NCBI RefSeq assembly: GCF_000002075.1
Contig: NW_004797313.1
Coordinates: forward strand, 835,088-899,087
Length of the DNA: 64,000 nucleotides
Reading direction: 5' to 3'
DNA from: Aplysia californica
Taxonomy: Eukaryota
Shown here piece after piece: positions 38,941-52,328 of the stretch; position 1 is the first letter of the stretch; each line of letters opens with the position of its first letter. Position numbers and translations under genes: made by a program. The notes under the pieces are model-generated. The model was given only the letters and a program-made list of their open reading frames with translations. It had not been told where the DNA came from and ran no database searches.

Positions 38941-40568
38941 AAACTCGCCCAAAAAAGTCAAGGAACAACTTGTGTTTTCACCTGTCAAATTTGAACTTCA
39001 ATATCTCGCAAACCCGTTAAGTTCAGTCAACCAAACTTGGCACACGCACTGATGACTAGATACAGTTTACCTGTACAGCAAATATGCCCGCACCAGCTTC
39101 ACAGCGACGGCGCAAGGCATTCTGATACACAGCCGAAAAGCACGAAAAATGGGCTAAATTTCTCTGCTTCAGCAACATTGGCACATGGACTGTTAGCTAA
39201 AACTGAGCTTGGCACGTGCTAAACAGATGTCTCAGCTGTGAATATTGCTCACTAGACTTTATAAGCCAGCGTTTTTCAGCCACGTTGCATTACAACACGA
39301 TGGTCCAACGACGCTCGCTGCCTGATGTCGACAGAGGACGAGCTCTTGCCTGGCTCCAAGATGGTTCCACGTTCCCAGTCGTTGCACATCGACTTGGGGT
39401 ATTTCCATCAGTCATATACAGGCTGCAAGACGATGGCGAGCGACCGGAAGGGTTCAGGACAGACCTCGACCAGGGCCACACCGTTTGACCAACGACAGCA
39501 TCGACCAGTTCATCGTCAGACCGGCCGTGACGTCACGAACCACCACTACAAACCACACCAGGGACCAACTACGGGTGACAGCAAATGTCCACGAGAGCGA
39601 GGAGACTACTGTAAGGAACTGTCTCCGTAGAGCCAGGTTCGCTTCTCGTGTCCCTGCCAGGCGCCCAAGGCACACGCCGCCCAACAAAGCAGCTGGCCGG
39701 GTGTGATCTGCTCGCCATTCACAGTGGACACGACGTCAGTGGTACCAGGTAGTCTTCCCGGACGAATCCAGATTGAACTTGTTGCACCCAGACAGGCGAG
39801 CCCACGTCTGGAGGCGCCGAGGAGAGCTGTTCCACCCTGAGTGTATCCAGTAGGTGGCGCCTTACGGCATAGGGTCCGTTCTGGTGTAGGGAGGCTTCTC
39901 AGCTCACCACAAGACCCCCCCCCCCCTCTACCATATACAGGGCAACAGCGTAATTTGACCGCCGCAAGGTACAGGGAGAAAATCCTACGTCCCTTTGTTG
40001 TTCCTCTCCTGCAGCAGATTGGACCCCAGGCTGTATTGCAGGGTGACAACGCCACGCCACATCGCGCACGCATCGTGTGGGACTTCCTGCAGAAGCGAGC
40101 TGTCACCCGCAGGGACTGACCAGCTTGTAGTCCGGATTTGAACCCAATAGAGAACGTTTGGGATCACATTGACCGGTGGATAAGGGAAAACCACCCTCCT
40201 GCACAAAACCTTCAACAACTCTTGGGCTGCCTAGTCTATGAGTGGCAGAACCTACCACAAGAAGTTCTCCAAAGGCATGTCCTGTCCATGCGTCGACGTT
40301 GTACCGAGTGTTTGGTCAAACGGGGTGGCTACACCCACTATTGACAATGTTCAAGAAGAACTACGGCTGTTCAGACTTTTGAAATCCGACCAGTGTGATT
40401 TAAACTCATTTTACATGAACTTTTCGTTGATGTTGAAATCTGAAACTGTACACACGTAATCTAGAGAGTCGAAAGCATCTTTTTTGACAAAATGACTAAA
40501 TTAAATTACACTGTTTTTCAGTTATATTTCTTTGAATTTTTGTTCCTTGACTTTTTTGTCCGAGTTTA
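38941..40568 (+). mobile_element. Full-length Tc1 (DD34E) transposon, pseudogenised transposase 39300-40344
   Basis: TIRs AAACTCG(C/G)(C/A)CAAAAAAGTCAAGGAACAA at both ends. QGDNATPH...SPDLNPIE has exactly 34 residues between D and E; C-terminus RGGYTHY. Confidence 0.92.
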
Positions 40569-40959
40569 TATTATCCCAGAGGGAACTTTTTCTTGCCTGC
40601 ACATGATCGTAAAATCAGGTACTCATAAAAATTTAAATTATATATCACTTTCTTTAAAATTCAATATGAACAGAAAAGTAAAGCTGACAAAATGTACACA
40701 ATATCACACAAGATGCATCATTCAACCACATGCAGCAATTTAATTACAAGACCTTTAGAGTTCTGTAGATACATACTCGAAAGAGTAATACACATTGATG
40801 CTTATTCTGACAATAGCCTTATGCTAGATGGTAAAAAGAACTCCTTTTATATCTTTCCTTCTTTGTTTTTAGATAGAGGTACATATCTGCCACTGCGTGA
40901 TCTTACAAGTTGCGTGTGGAAAGGGGGTGTGATGGGTCTTTTATAACGCTTTTTAAAAT

Positions 40960-41260
40960 CTTTTATTTTATACTTGTGGTCTTATACATTTCATTGATAG
41001 TAGTAAAATCATGTCCAGAGATCTTGTTGACTTTCTTAATGGTTTTGTCAATTTTTTCTTTATCTTTCAACCTATAATTCAAAGGCCAGCAGCAAATACA
41101 AAATAGTGACACGCTGTCAATCATAGAATGGTATAAAAGAGACATAATCTTATTATCGGCACGAAAACTTCTTAATTTCCTTAAAAGGAACGTTCTCTGA
41201 TTTACTTTTTTTTTTGGCACAAGACAAAAGCTGCTATCCGGTTTGAAAAAAACCCAAAAC
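40960..41260 (-). mobile_element. Rex1/Babar-type LINE 3' fragment
   Basis: KKVNQRTFLLRKLRSF..LLYHSMIDSVSLFCICCW. Confidence 0.7.
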
Positions 41261-41929
41261 AACAACAACCGTGGTACTCTTATCCACATGCCATCCTAAA
41301 TAATAGTTACGCCCCTTGTGTCCGGTATGCTACCTCATGTGCATTATAAACAATGCGCATATTTCGTCTCTTGTCGTGTAAAGATACCTTACAACCCCAG
41401 GTCCNNNNNNNNNNNNNNNNNNNNNNNNNNNNNNNNNNNNNNNNNNNNNNNNNNNNNNNNNNNNNNNNNNNNNNNNNNNNNNNNNNNNNNNNNNNNNNNN
41501 NNNNNNNNNNNNNNNNNNNNNNNNNNNNNNNNNNNNNNNNACCAACATCCTAAGCTTTGAATCATTTTTGTTTAAAGCCACATTATTGAAATGTATGATT
41601 CCAGACCTAATTTTTTGGATGCCAATAAGACATATTGCTCCGAAATGCCATTGACTATGTTCATGAACGTTCCCTGACCCTAAAATGAGGTCCCAAGTCA
41701 TAGAAATGTTGCATCTCTTGTGTAAATCTTGTTTAGTAGGCAAAAATGGCACGACGCAATAACGTAATATAATTTTTTAAACCACGCTTAGAGATAAAAG
41801 TCGTGGTTCCAGGGATTAGATATTCCACAGTTGTACAGAGTATTGGACATCAATACCGAAGCAAAAAAAATAAATTTGGGTGCCCATCCTTGTCTTATAT
41901 TTGTCAATGAACTCTTAATCTCCATATTT

Positions 41930-42790
41930 TGCTTTACCCTTTTCAAACTTCTCTCCTTTTACCCAGTACTTCACACAGATGAATGTTCCCTAGGTCTAGA
42001 TTGATTTTCTTTGAGATTTTGTGAGTGAACAGTCCCTTCCTGTTCCTTTATATGACATGAGACAGCGGAGCTTATGCAATGCACGATTGAAAGGTACAGA
42101 GCCAAGTTCAACCCAACATGGTGAGTATTTGAGCTTAAAAATCCCTCCTGTTACCAGGGTCTAGAACTAGAACGACTTTTTTATACTACAGAAATCCGAT
42201 ACACTTTCCTTTGGTAATGAACAGTCCCACGGTTAAATTTCAATGGTAAAACGACCCATAGCATGAGCTCTATCTGGTTAGTGGTCGTCAGGGTAACGAT
42301 GTGCAGAATTCCCTCCTATTACTTACCCTGCTGTTACCCGTGGTTTGGTTGTATGAGAAAATAAAAAGTAACAGGAGTGAAAGAAATGAGCTCAATAGCT
42401 GAACTGACCACAGTTTGTGTTAGAATTTGAGGTAGTCCAGGCTAATAGAATAAATGAAGAGGTTAAAACTAAAGGCATGTTTGTGCTTTTTCAACAGAAC
42501 ACCTGAATCGTAATTTTCATCTTTGAGTAACAGGACGGAATTGAGGGTAACAGGAGAGAATAGAAGATAGCAGGAAAGAGAGGCACGTGTCAAATAATTT
42601 AAAACTGACCCAAGTTTGGATTGAAAAAGGGTTATTTATGCACAAACAAAACAGAATAGTTATTTTATGAAAGATGTATCGGTGCTTTTTCCACAAAGCT
42701 GCTGTATTGTGATTCTATAGGTAACAGGATGATATTGAGAGCAACAACGAGGGAACAACAGAGTAAAATGAAAGGAACAAACGTTTCCAT
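41930..42790. repeat. Inverted array of CTCCTGTTACC / GGTAACAGGAG motifs (probable MITE)
   Basis: Motif in one orientation at about 41954, 42145, 42312 and 42326, and in the opposite orientation at about 42367, 42525, 42545 and 42720. Confidence 0.55.
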
Positions 42791-44688
42791 TTTTCTTTCC
42801 TCAATGATAATGATAATGCAACATACTTTTGTTCTACCAAAGTCTAGAACCTTCTAAGTTGATAAATGTTATCGAGGAGTTCTCAGTAAGCGTGAGATTG
42901 CGGGTTTAGAGGTTCGAGCCTCAGTCGGTCCAACGTTGCGTTCTTGAGAAAGACACTAATTCAACACAATAATCAAATATTGCTGAAGTCGGTAACTGTC
43001 AGCAACCCCATGTTTGACAGATAATAAAAGAGTACCAAGTGCACCAAGCATCTCTACATTAACAGAGTACAATCATTATAACAAAAAAAATGAAGCCTGT
43101 TTTTTTTTCATGACTGTGAGATCTTTAGAAATCAGTATTGAGTATTGTATTGCGTCAAACACGATGATCTGTCGTTATTTCAATGAAAACACCGAGCGTT
43201 GTCCCCGCAGGTGCCGCACCAGCCCTCGCGGCGAGCGAGTCGACTCAATAATGTAGTGTACTGAGTGCTCCCGGTAATTTCGCGGAAGGATTCATGCAAA
43301 GTCATTCCAAACCGATCCCTTTATTCTAATAGAAAAAGAACGGTTCTTTCTATTGAAACCTTTTTTTGCCGGTATTTTACTCATTTCGAGTTTAAAATTA
43401 TCTTTGAAAACGTAGACCCTTTTTTTCTAGGTTTTCTATCCAAACGCCAAGGGCCAAAAATAATAACCACGGGAAACCACGCCCAATGCTGTATAGTTCT
43501 CCGCCAATGAAAAGACGGTATTTAATCTTCAATCTTTCTTCAAAGCATTCGAATGCATGGGTGTCAATTTTGAACCGGGGGACCTAGCATTTTGACCACG
43601 AGGGGCTTCCCTTTCCACGTCGATTCTCCAGCTCATACTCGGATTACAATATATACACATAACTTACAATATTGTAAAGAAGGATATCTGAACTTTTCCA
43701 AAGTGTTCAGCATTTGGTGTTTTATAGCAAAAGAGCAAAGAAACCGAGATCTGTTTTACCCCCATTTTAGCGAAACCACGCGCTCAGAAGGCCGCGAGTC
43801 GGCTTACGTGCCGTGTTCGCGCTGCCTAATTATACGTTTGCAATAGCNNNNNNNNNNNNNNNNNNNNNNNNNNNNNNNNNNNNNNNNNNNNNNNNNNNNN
43901 NNNNNNNNNNNNNNNNNNNNNNNNNNNNNNNNNNNNNNNNNNNNNNNNNNNNNNNNNNNNNNNNNNNNNNNNNNNCCTCTTGGTAAGGAGTCCGTTTTGA
44001 AAGATTCTATCTAGAGGCAGGTTAATTAAAGTTTTAAAAACACTAAAACACAATAAAAACGAATTTTTAAAGTCAATCGAAGACTAAAACTGAAAGATCA
44101 ACTGACAATAACATCTAGCAGGGCACGCCCACACTGTCGGCTGTTTACGTAAACAAGCTTGAAGTGAGGTAAAAGTTACCGTTTTTACTCCGTTTTACCG
44201 ATCAGAGTTGTCTACATTTCATACAATTCATGCTCGAAAATGGATCAAAATCTCAAAATAGTTGCGAATGAAGAACGTTGAAGCTAAGATACTCCAATGT
44301 GGAGTATGTTTGGTTGAAGCAAAGGTGGCCATGAGGTTCTAAAAATAATCTCACAGCTACATACTAGCAAGGTCCAAATTCCTGTATCTCTTCACCTAAG
44401 CTCACAAAAAACGACATTTACGTCCAAAATAAATCCAAATAAAATATTCATAGTCGATTAAAGTTGTTTTCATTAATTTTTTATTTTTTTTATGTCAAGA
44501 AAAGTCACTTTTATGCCTTTCAAGCCTCGTAACTGATAATACAACATTGCGTCTTACGACTGTTATTGACCGGAGCAGACAGATAGATTACGTATACTAA
44601 CAACACGGCTTCTTCAAGAATGAGCACTAGCAAGGGCGACAGCGGCGTCGCGATGCTGCATTTGTGGTGGGGAAAAGTACCTAGCAAC

Positions 44689-47679
44689 CAGGGGCGGCTC
44701 GAGGGTCTAAAAGTGGGCGTGCACAATTAACTTAAAACAGGTTGAAGATAGTCAAGGGCATGGTAAATGAGATTTATTCTGCATCCTACCTATTTGGAGA
44801 AAATTTACTTGAAGAAAAAGTCTTCCCTGCGTTCTTTTGAGGCAGCAAAGGTGTCCATTATTTTGTACGAAGTTGGGATGCTGTCAAAAATGTCCCTGAG
44901 GATCGACTTAAAAGTCATTGCGATTTCTAGGATTTTGTATACTTTTTAAAAATGTTGTGTCGAGTTTGTATTCCTTCAGAGTTGAATAAAAGCCCTTGAT
45001 CATACGACACTGGGCAGACTTAAATGTTTTTAAATGCAATATAATATTTCTATTTCTGCTTGTAACTTGATTTTTTGCGAAACAGAGTAGCTTTCTGCTA
45101 TACGGCCCAAAATAACTGTAGGAAACGACTTTTGATGGTCTTGGAATTTGGAGGGGTCGACGATTGATAGTGCATTTATTTTATTTTGCTGCAAGAAACG
45201 TTCAAATATTTGACCAACTATAGTGTAATAGGCCTTCTTTGAAGCAATTTTTGTTGGTGTTGTGATGTCTGCGTCTCTTGGAAGCATGTTCCTCTGTGGT
45301 CTGACTTGTCGATGGAACACTTATACCGTTTCTAATTTCCTCGACGGCTGTTTTAAACGAGTCTAGAGCTTGTTGGGCTGCTATGGGCGTTATACTTCTG
45401 TGTTGGAGGATCACATACAATATCAACTAGCATGAACACTTTGTTATAAGTGCAACATGAAGACAAATGTATCACTATTTAATACACATTCAAGAGACCA
45501 CACGCTTCATGGGTGATATTATCGTCTCAGTCTTTAGACTGAATTTCTTCAAGATAGAGCTGGCTCTCTCATTTCCAAGTGAAGACTGTGCTAATAAGTT
45601 GAGACTGAAAATTCCACGTTGTTTCAGACGGCTGTGGAATATTCCAGTAACACACGCGTCTGAGAACAACAATGCGTTTTGTAGAGTGGGCAAAAATGTT
45701 GAAAAGACTGCAGCGTTAACTAAATACATCGAGAACAACCTGCTTTAAAACAAGATTGACCTGATGCGCTTAGCAATGATCAAAGACAGCATTAGGGAAA
45801 ATTTGGCGCATCTGAGTCTGTACACCAGAAACTCTCACGCTCATTACAGCTGCTCCATCGCAGGATAAGCTTCTCCCCGACGCTGAATGGTTCTAAAGCT
45901 TCTTTTAGGCTTGAATCGAGCCCTGATGAAGTTCTGTATTTGATTTCAGAAACCACTCTACCATTTCTCTGTCCTTAGTATGCCGTACCTCACAAACTGT
46001 GACAAATGACCTGCATGAGTTGTTCCGTCAGCCTGAACTGGTCTTTATTCAGTTCTTCGTGGTATATTTTGAAAATACAGTCCAGCAGTTCGTTTAGTAT
46101 TATTTTGGAAGCATATTTTGCAACAGTAGCTCTTTGTGGATGATCAAACAGTATCCTGAGAGTGTTAGCGTCTCTGCACAGTAAATCAAGAAAGATACCT
46201 CTGTTCCCCAACAAATCACCTTTTTCATGACCACACATGGCGAATTTGTGAGTTCCGGAGAACACAATACACTCAATAACCTTACACAATACGTCTCTGT
46301 TCTTTCTCACCCGTTCGTTATAGTGAGACGTTGCAATGCAATGGCCAACGTCTTGCTGCGCTATGCCTTTAGTTTTAGTAAGGTTTCACGTGCTCGCAGC
46401 TGCATAAGGTCATATGAACTGTTGTGAACACCAAGGGGTGGATGTCAACTGAGAAGTCCAAAGGGGGAATCAAGCTTACTCTGCTCACCTTTTTAGCCTC
46501 AACAGTACAAAATCTGCTTCGACTATCAAGGCACCCCGGAAATAGCAGTTCACAAGAGAGTGACAAGCATACAAAAGAAGTAGAGGAAAAAATGACGATA
46601 GTAAGGATGAAGAAAGAAACAACAGCAGTTCCCCTTATGTAGACCTAATTGGTCCGGCACAGTATGAGCAATACATTGATAAATCATCGCATTTATAATT
46701 CTACTGTGTATAAGAACATGTTAATATCCCCCCTTTGGAAAGTTCGAAAGTTTGATACTTAAAAGCATTGTTGACGTGCACTCTTGATATCTCGTGTCTT
46801 TAATGCTTTCTTTCGAGTGGACAGGATCAGTAAAACCTGTCTTAGACCACATGGCGTCCTCGGTTCCAAAAGGCAGACGGTAGAAACAGTACAATTGGGT
46901 GTTTGCTGACGTTGTCTATAAGCCACTCTAGTGTTTCGAAAAGGTCCGTATAAAAAATAAGATTGCGCCTTTTTGTTGGTTGTATTATTGCGATATCTTT
47001 GGGTTGGTGAAGATCTAATTCTTTCACCCTCTTCTTGTTACTTTGGTTTTTTAGAGAACTGGATTTATTGGCAAGTAAAAAATCAACTTCATTCATTATG
47101 CATTGGAAATACACACTCAAGTAATACAGTTTTCACCCCACTACACCATTCTAAGTAAGGCTCTTCTAACACGGTGGTCTGATCACGTCATGTTGACATC
47201 GCTCAAGTTCAGGGTTACAGAGGTGGGGCGAGAGAGATAAACGGCAAAGACAACCGACCAATCGCACATTACTGTGAGCATTCCGGTGGATTGCTCTAAA
47301 GCTATCTTAATTAAAAGGGGCATTGAATTGTGAAGCCATCATGAACTGGGCTGAGATCACGTTATTTTAAGACTGCCTCTGTGGGCTTTTGTTAGGGTGG
47401 TGCACATTGAGATTGTACTACGAAACTCGCTCTAAACGTCATCTTTGTTTGGTCAGCCCAAAGAGTATTTATTGAGTCAGAATGAACATGTTATTTATTA
47501 CTTGGGTGAAGCACAAGAATTTGATAATGGTATAGCGGATGTTGTAGAGTGCAACAGAAACTCTATTAACCGATTAAGGATTGCAGACCAGATGTTAAAG
47601 GTTTTGTTATTGTCTCTTTGTGGGTGTTGTGCGCATCAACATTTTGGCGGCAGTGCACGACCGTGCTCAGCCGCCCCTG
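44689..47679 (-). mobile_element. hAT Tip100/Zaphod-like transposon (ZMYM1/DUF4371-type transposase pseudogene)
   Basis: TIRs CAGGGGCGGCT / AGCCGCCCCTG with 8-bp TSD CTAGCAAC/CTAGCAAT. ORF NRDVLCKVIECIVF..AMCGHE..NRGIFLDLL. Confidence 0.88.
46372..46740 (-). mobile_element. 3' end of a retroelement sharing the SINE tail (copy 1, nested in the hAT)
   Basis: About 350 bp similar to 49360-49700; ends in the same GACCTTATGCAG(C/T)TGCGAGC tail as the SINEs. Confidence 0.65.
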
Positions 47680-48029
47680 CTAGCAATGGCAACCAGTTAG
47701 ATCCGGCATCCTCGTGATGATGGCGCAACTATAGTGGGGTAAAGGCACAACTGACCAGTCTTTGTGCCAATTAAGATAATTGTATTCCTTTTTCTTAATG
47801 ACATCTTTTTTCCCATACAGAATAAAGCACGTTTGATTTTATTCCCTTCACTGTGCTTGGAAGATAAATTACTCAGTTTGACTTCCCATGCTTTGTTAGT
47901 CCAATTATCCCCTTCTCATTTTTCTGTTCCAGGCGCTTTCAGTGTGGCTGAATCAAAGACAAAGTGCAGTCAGTTCTCAGTTTAATATCTGAAGTACAGG
48001 TTAATATCAGATCGCAAATAATATTTCGG

Positions 48030-48978
48030 ACTCAATATCATGGAAAAAGGGAAAAATCTGCCCGAGAAGCAGCAAGACGTCTTAGTTGCAGAGCTTGTTT
48101 TGTTTCTCTACTTATCCAAAGATTGTAGCACACTTGAAATGTCGGGGATATACAGAAAATAAAACAGCTTAGAGTTACCAGCCCTGCCCAAGTCAGACAT
48201 ACTTTGTTGTCACATATTTGTGGAATTGTTTCCTTCCTGCAATTAAATAAAAATGTTTCAATGCATGCAACTGGTGCGTGAAAATATTTCTTCCATCAGT
48301 GTGAGGCGCTGACTTGTAAGTGCAGGACTTAGATCAAGAACACCTTATTTAGGACTGCTATTAATGAATCCGGATCAGCAGCGCCGCCTTCACTAGGCTA
48401 TGCGAACCAGCGCGGAAAAAAATACAAACCTCTCAGTCTTCCAACAACACCCTCTTGCCCTCAAACTGCCAATGTAACAAAGAACACAGTTTCAGGAAGG
48501 TCGTGATATCAATGTTACGGGCGGCCAGTCTCCAACAGCGCATAATATAATTATTGGGATGACCTGAACCATAAGGTGCGTGTTAGAGGCCGTTTTGAGA
48601 ATCTGCAGAAACTGGTGGTCGTACTGTCGCAAACGTGAGACAACATTTCTCTACAAAACATTTGAACCGCTCTAAAATGTATGTTTAAATCGTATCTTTG
48701 TCTGTATACGGCATGTGAAGATTGTTATACAATTGACTGAGGATGAGAGATCTTTTTTAACTTTCGATTTCAGCTAATCTAAAAATTTGTCTAAAAGGTT
48801 TATTCCAAAAAAAAGGAAGACAAGGTATCAAAATCAGTAGAAGTATGTGATCGAAATGGTCCAGTTTTTTTGGAATATGAATAAACTTCAAAAACAATTC
48901 TTTTAATTTATCTTCATATCATACAAACGTGTACAGACTCTGCGAATGAAGTGTTGCGTTCCTAATGGCGCTGAGTAC
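48030..48978 (+). mobile_element. Internally deleted Tc1 element, copy 1
   Basis: Colinear with 51290-52320. C-terminal remnant WDDLNHKVR..FENLQKL; 3' TIR TTGCGTTCCTAATGGCGCTGAGTA. Confidence 0.7.
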
Positions 48979-49359
48979 AAGTGTGTGTGTGTGTGTGTGN
49001 NNNNNNNNNNNNNNNNNNNNNNNNNNNNNNNNNNNNNNNNNNNNNNNNNNNNNNNNNNNNNNNNNNNNNNNNNNNNNNNNNNNNNNNNNNNNNNNNNNNA
49101 TATATTCTTTGAAGCGAAAAAAAAAACTGTACACAAACCGGCAGTAGGCAACCAGAAAACCACTGTTATAATCTCCCAAGAACAATCCTTCAATCGCTTC
49201 AAGATACAAATGTAACGGTAAGTGAACGCAAAGGGTTAATGTGAAGAAAACAAAATGCATGGTGATTTTTTTAAAAAGCAGTAAATCCTTATTGTAATCT
49301 CACAAGCAAAGACCGAAGGATCAGACAGGTTCAGCAGTTTAAATATATTATATTTTTTA

Positions 49360-49700
49360 TTTAGTAGAGGTTTTATAGTGCTCGCAACTGCATAAGGTCG
49401 TATGAGCGCCAAGGGGTGGATGTCAACAGAGAAGTCTTTACAGGGAATCGGGCTTACTCTGCTCACCTCTCTAGCTTCAACAGCTCAAAGTCTGTTTCGA
49501 CCTTCAAGGCACCCCGGAAATAACGGGTCACAAGAGTATGACAAACATACAAAAGAAGTAGAGGAAAATGACGATATAAGGATTAGGAAAGAAAAAGCAG
49601 CAGTTTCATGTTGTAGTTCAGGTACAGTTATGAGCATGACATTGTTGAATCAGCCCATTTACAATTCTACTGTGAACGAGAAATGCCCCCCCTTTGGGAA
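49360..49700 (-). mobile_element. 3' end of a retroelement sharing the SINE tail (copy 2)
   Basis: Diverged repeat of 46372-46740. Confidence 0.65.
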
Positions 49701-49879
49701 TGGTCTAAAGACACTTCAGTCAGAGGCACTGCCCCGAGGGGGGTATTTATCCATGTTCTGCAGAAATATAACGAGGAGTCGCAATTGCTTAGGATAATTT
49801 CAATAAAATAAGCCAAATCAGTATATATAAAAATTCTAAAATGATATGTATGGTCAACCCTCTCTCTATATAATCATAT

Positions 49880-50690
49880 TATATATATGCTGGACGACAA
49901 GGAACTTGAGACAGTGGATAAGTTCTGTTACCTGGGGTCTACCATAAGCTCTACTACATCTCTTGATTATGAGATCAACATCAGGATAGGGAAACATTAA
50001 CAACTTTTGGAAGGCTGACAAAACGAGCTTGGGAAAACAAAAGATTAACCATCAAAACAAAGATCAAGATTTACGAAGCAGGTGTCCTCAGCGCACTCAT
50101 TTTTATGGATCTGAAACATGGACCTTGTACAGCAGACAAGAAAAGCGCCTAGACTTTTTCCATCTCAGATGCTGCCGCAAGATCTTAGGCATTTCGTGGC
50201 ATGACAAGGTTGCAAATGTAGAAGTGTAGGCAGGGGCAAACCTCCAGAGCATGACAACTATTCTGTGTTCAAAAAGATTGAGATGGGTGGGCCATATCAA
50301 GAGAATGGATGACAACCGGATTCCGAAGCAACTTGCCCAGGGAAAGAGACGGAGAAGAAGACCAAAATTGAGGTACAAAGACACCTGCAAAAAACAGCTT
50401 AACTAAGCTTGGAGTAGATGTTAGCATCTGGGAAGAAAAAGCTGAGGACAGGAAAACATGGTGGAAAATGATAAAGGAAAGAACTATAATCCTAGAGAGC
50501 AGCCTTAGAAACAAACAGGCTGAGAAGAGCCAACGTCGAAAGGAAAACAGTGGAAATACAGAGCTTCAATCTACGTCACTGACATGCAAGCACTGCCACA
50601 GAATCTGCGCTTCAAACAAAGGAAGAATTAGCCATGAAAGAAGCTGCACGAAGACAACCTTGAGACCATCTTAAGCTAAATTGACCGTCT
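49880..50690 (+). mobile_element. RTE LINE 3' fragment
   Basis: LETVDKFCYLGSTIS..YGSETWTL..FHLRCCRKILGISW..LRWVGHIKRM..CKHCHRIC..SHERSC. Confidence 0.88.
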
Positions 50691-50925
50691 GCANNNNNNN
50701 NNNNNNNNNNNNNNNNNNNNNNNNNNNNNNNNNNNNNNNNNNNNNNNNNNNNNNNNNNNNNNNNNNNNNNNNNNNNNNNNNNNNNNNNNNNNNNNNNNNN
50801 NNNNNNNNNNNNNNNNNNNNNNNNNNNNNNNNNATGCAGTTTCAATTTAGAAGTACTTGAAGAAGCCCACGTGGCCCGCTCGCTGATGTAAACGAACAGA
50901 GAGAGAGAGAGACAAAATCTATTTA

Positions 50926-51016
<91 letters not shown>

Positions 51017-51037
51017 GCGTGCCTGTCTATCTATCTA
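50926..51037. repeat. (TCTG)n microsatellite
   Basis: Direct read. Confidence 0.95.
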
Positions 51038-52328
51038 TGTTGAACGCCATTAGAACACAACGTTTTTTAAAGGCTATAAGAAAGTCAAATAATATGCTCT
51101 GATCGCAACCCTTTTTCAAGACAGAGGTCAGTAGTTATTAATTCACACGAACATGCACAATATTTGATATTTCCACCAGTACTTGTCATCACAGCACAGT
51201 GCTTTGGTAAAACATAAGACGTTTTGATTTTTCTTTCATTACAAGACACCCCAAATTAGCCGACTGACGCAAGTTGAGCCTCTGCCAAGTTCAAGTCGGA
51301 AAATATGCCTGGGCAACAGCAAGACGGCTAAATTACGGTATATGTATTTATTTTCGACTTACTAAAAGATTTTAGCATAATTGCAACGTCCAGGATATAC
51401 AAAAAATAGAACAGCCTCGAGTGACCAGCCCTTCTCAAGACGGACATATTTTGCTGTCACTTGTGCGGAATTGTTTTCACCTTGCAAAGGTAAAAGCCCA
51501 AGGCACGCAATTAGTGCGTGAAAATGTTTCTTCCATCAATGTGAGGAATGCCTTATTTAGAAATGCTATTAACGAATCCTTGACAACAGCGCCGTATTCA
51601 CTGTACGCAAAAGCAGTTAAAAAATCAGCACTTCTCAGTCATCCAACACGACACTCCTACCCTCACACTGCTCATTCAACAAACATGACGTTTTCTGGAA
51701 GATCATAACACGAATCCCATGGACTGTCCAGTGAACGTACCAGACAGGTCTCCTACAGCGCACTTAAGGGATAAACTGTACCGCAAAGTGCGTGCAAGAC
51801 GCTGTTTCGAGAATCTGCTGTAATTGGAGGTCGCGCTGCCGCAAAAGTGGTTCAGAATTTCCCAACAAAACATTCAAAATGTTATGAAAGATATATGACT
51901 ACGCCTTTTGGTCTTTATACACATGTTAACGACGGACATGCAATTTACTAAGAGTGAGAGACGTTTGTTAAATTTCGATTTTGTCTTTATTAGGGACATA
52001 GTTCCTAAATAAAACATTTAACATGTTATAAGATCTATTTGAAGATGAGTCTTGGTCAATAACATGATAATGGGGGCCATGATAGTTTCTAGGGTAAAAA
52101 TTTTTTCTTACGTTTCAATGTATGCTTAACTGCACATTTGATGAAAGAGGGTACTCCGAGAGAATGAAAATAATCAATCGAAATCAGTGAAAATATGTTA
52201 TCAAATTAGTCCACATGGGTTGAAAATAAATAAACTTCAAACAACGCTCTTTCTAATTTATCTTCATTCCATACATACATCATGCACAGACTCTACAAAT
52301 GAACTGTTGCGTTTCTAATGAGGTCGAT
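51038..52328 (+). mobile_element. Internally deleted Tc1 element, copy 2
   Basis: 5' TIR TGAACGCCATTAGAACACAAC and 3' TIR GTTGCGTTTCTAATG; colinear with 48030-48978. Confidence 0.72.

Noticed and set aside
45990-46310. Domesticated ZMYM1-like host gene (also ZBED5/SCAND3 at 17166-17564)
   Set aside because: Both are fragmented by stops and frameshifts and lie between TIRs with TSDs, so they are transposon relics.
46424-49797. Duplicated small protein gene (similar ORFs 46424-46642 and 49402-49797)
   Set aside because: The similarity comes from the antisense strand of a dispersed retro-derived repeat; ORF ends are not conserved.
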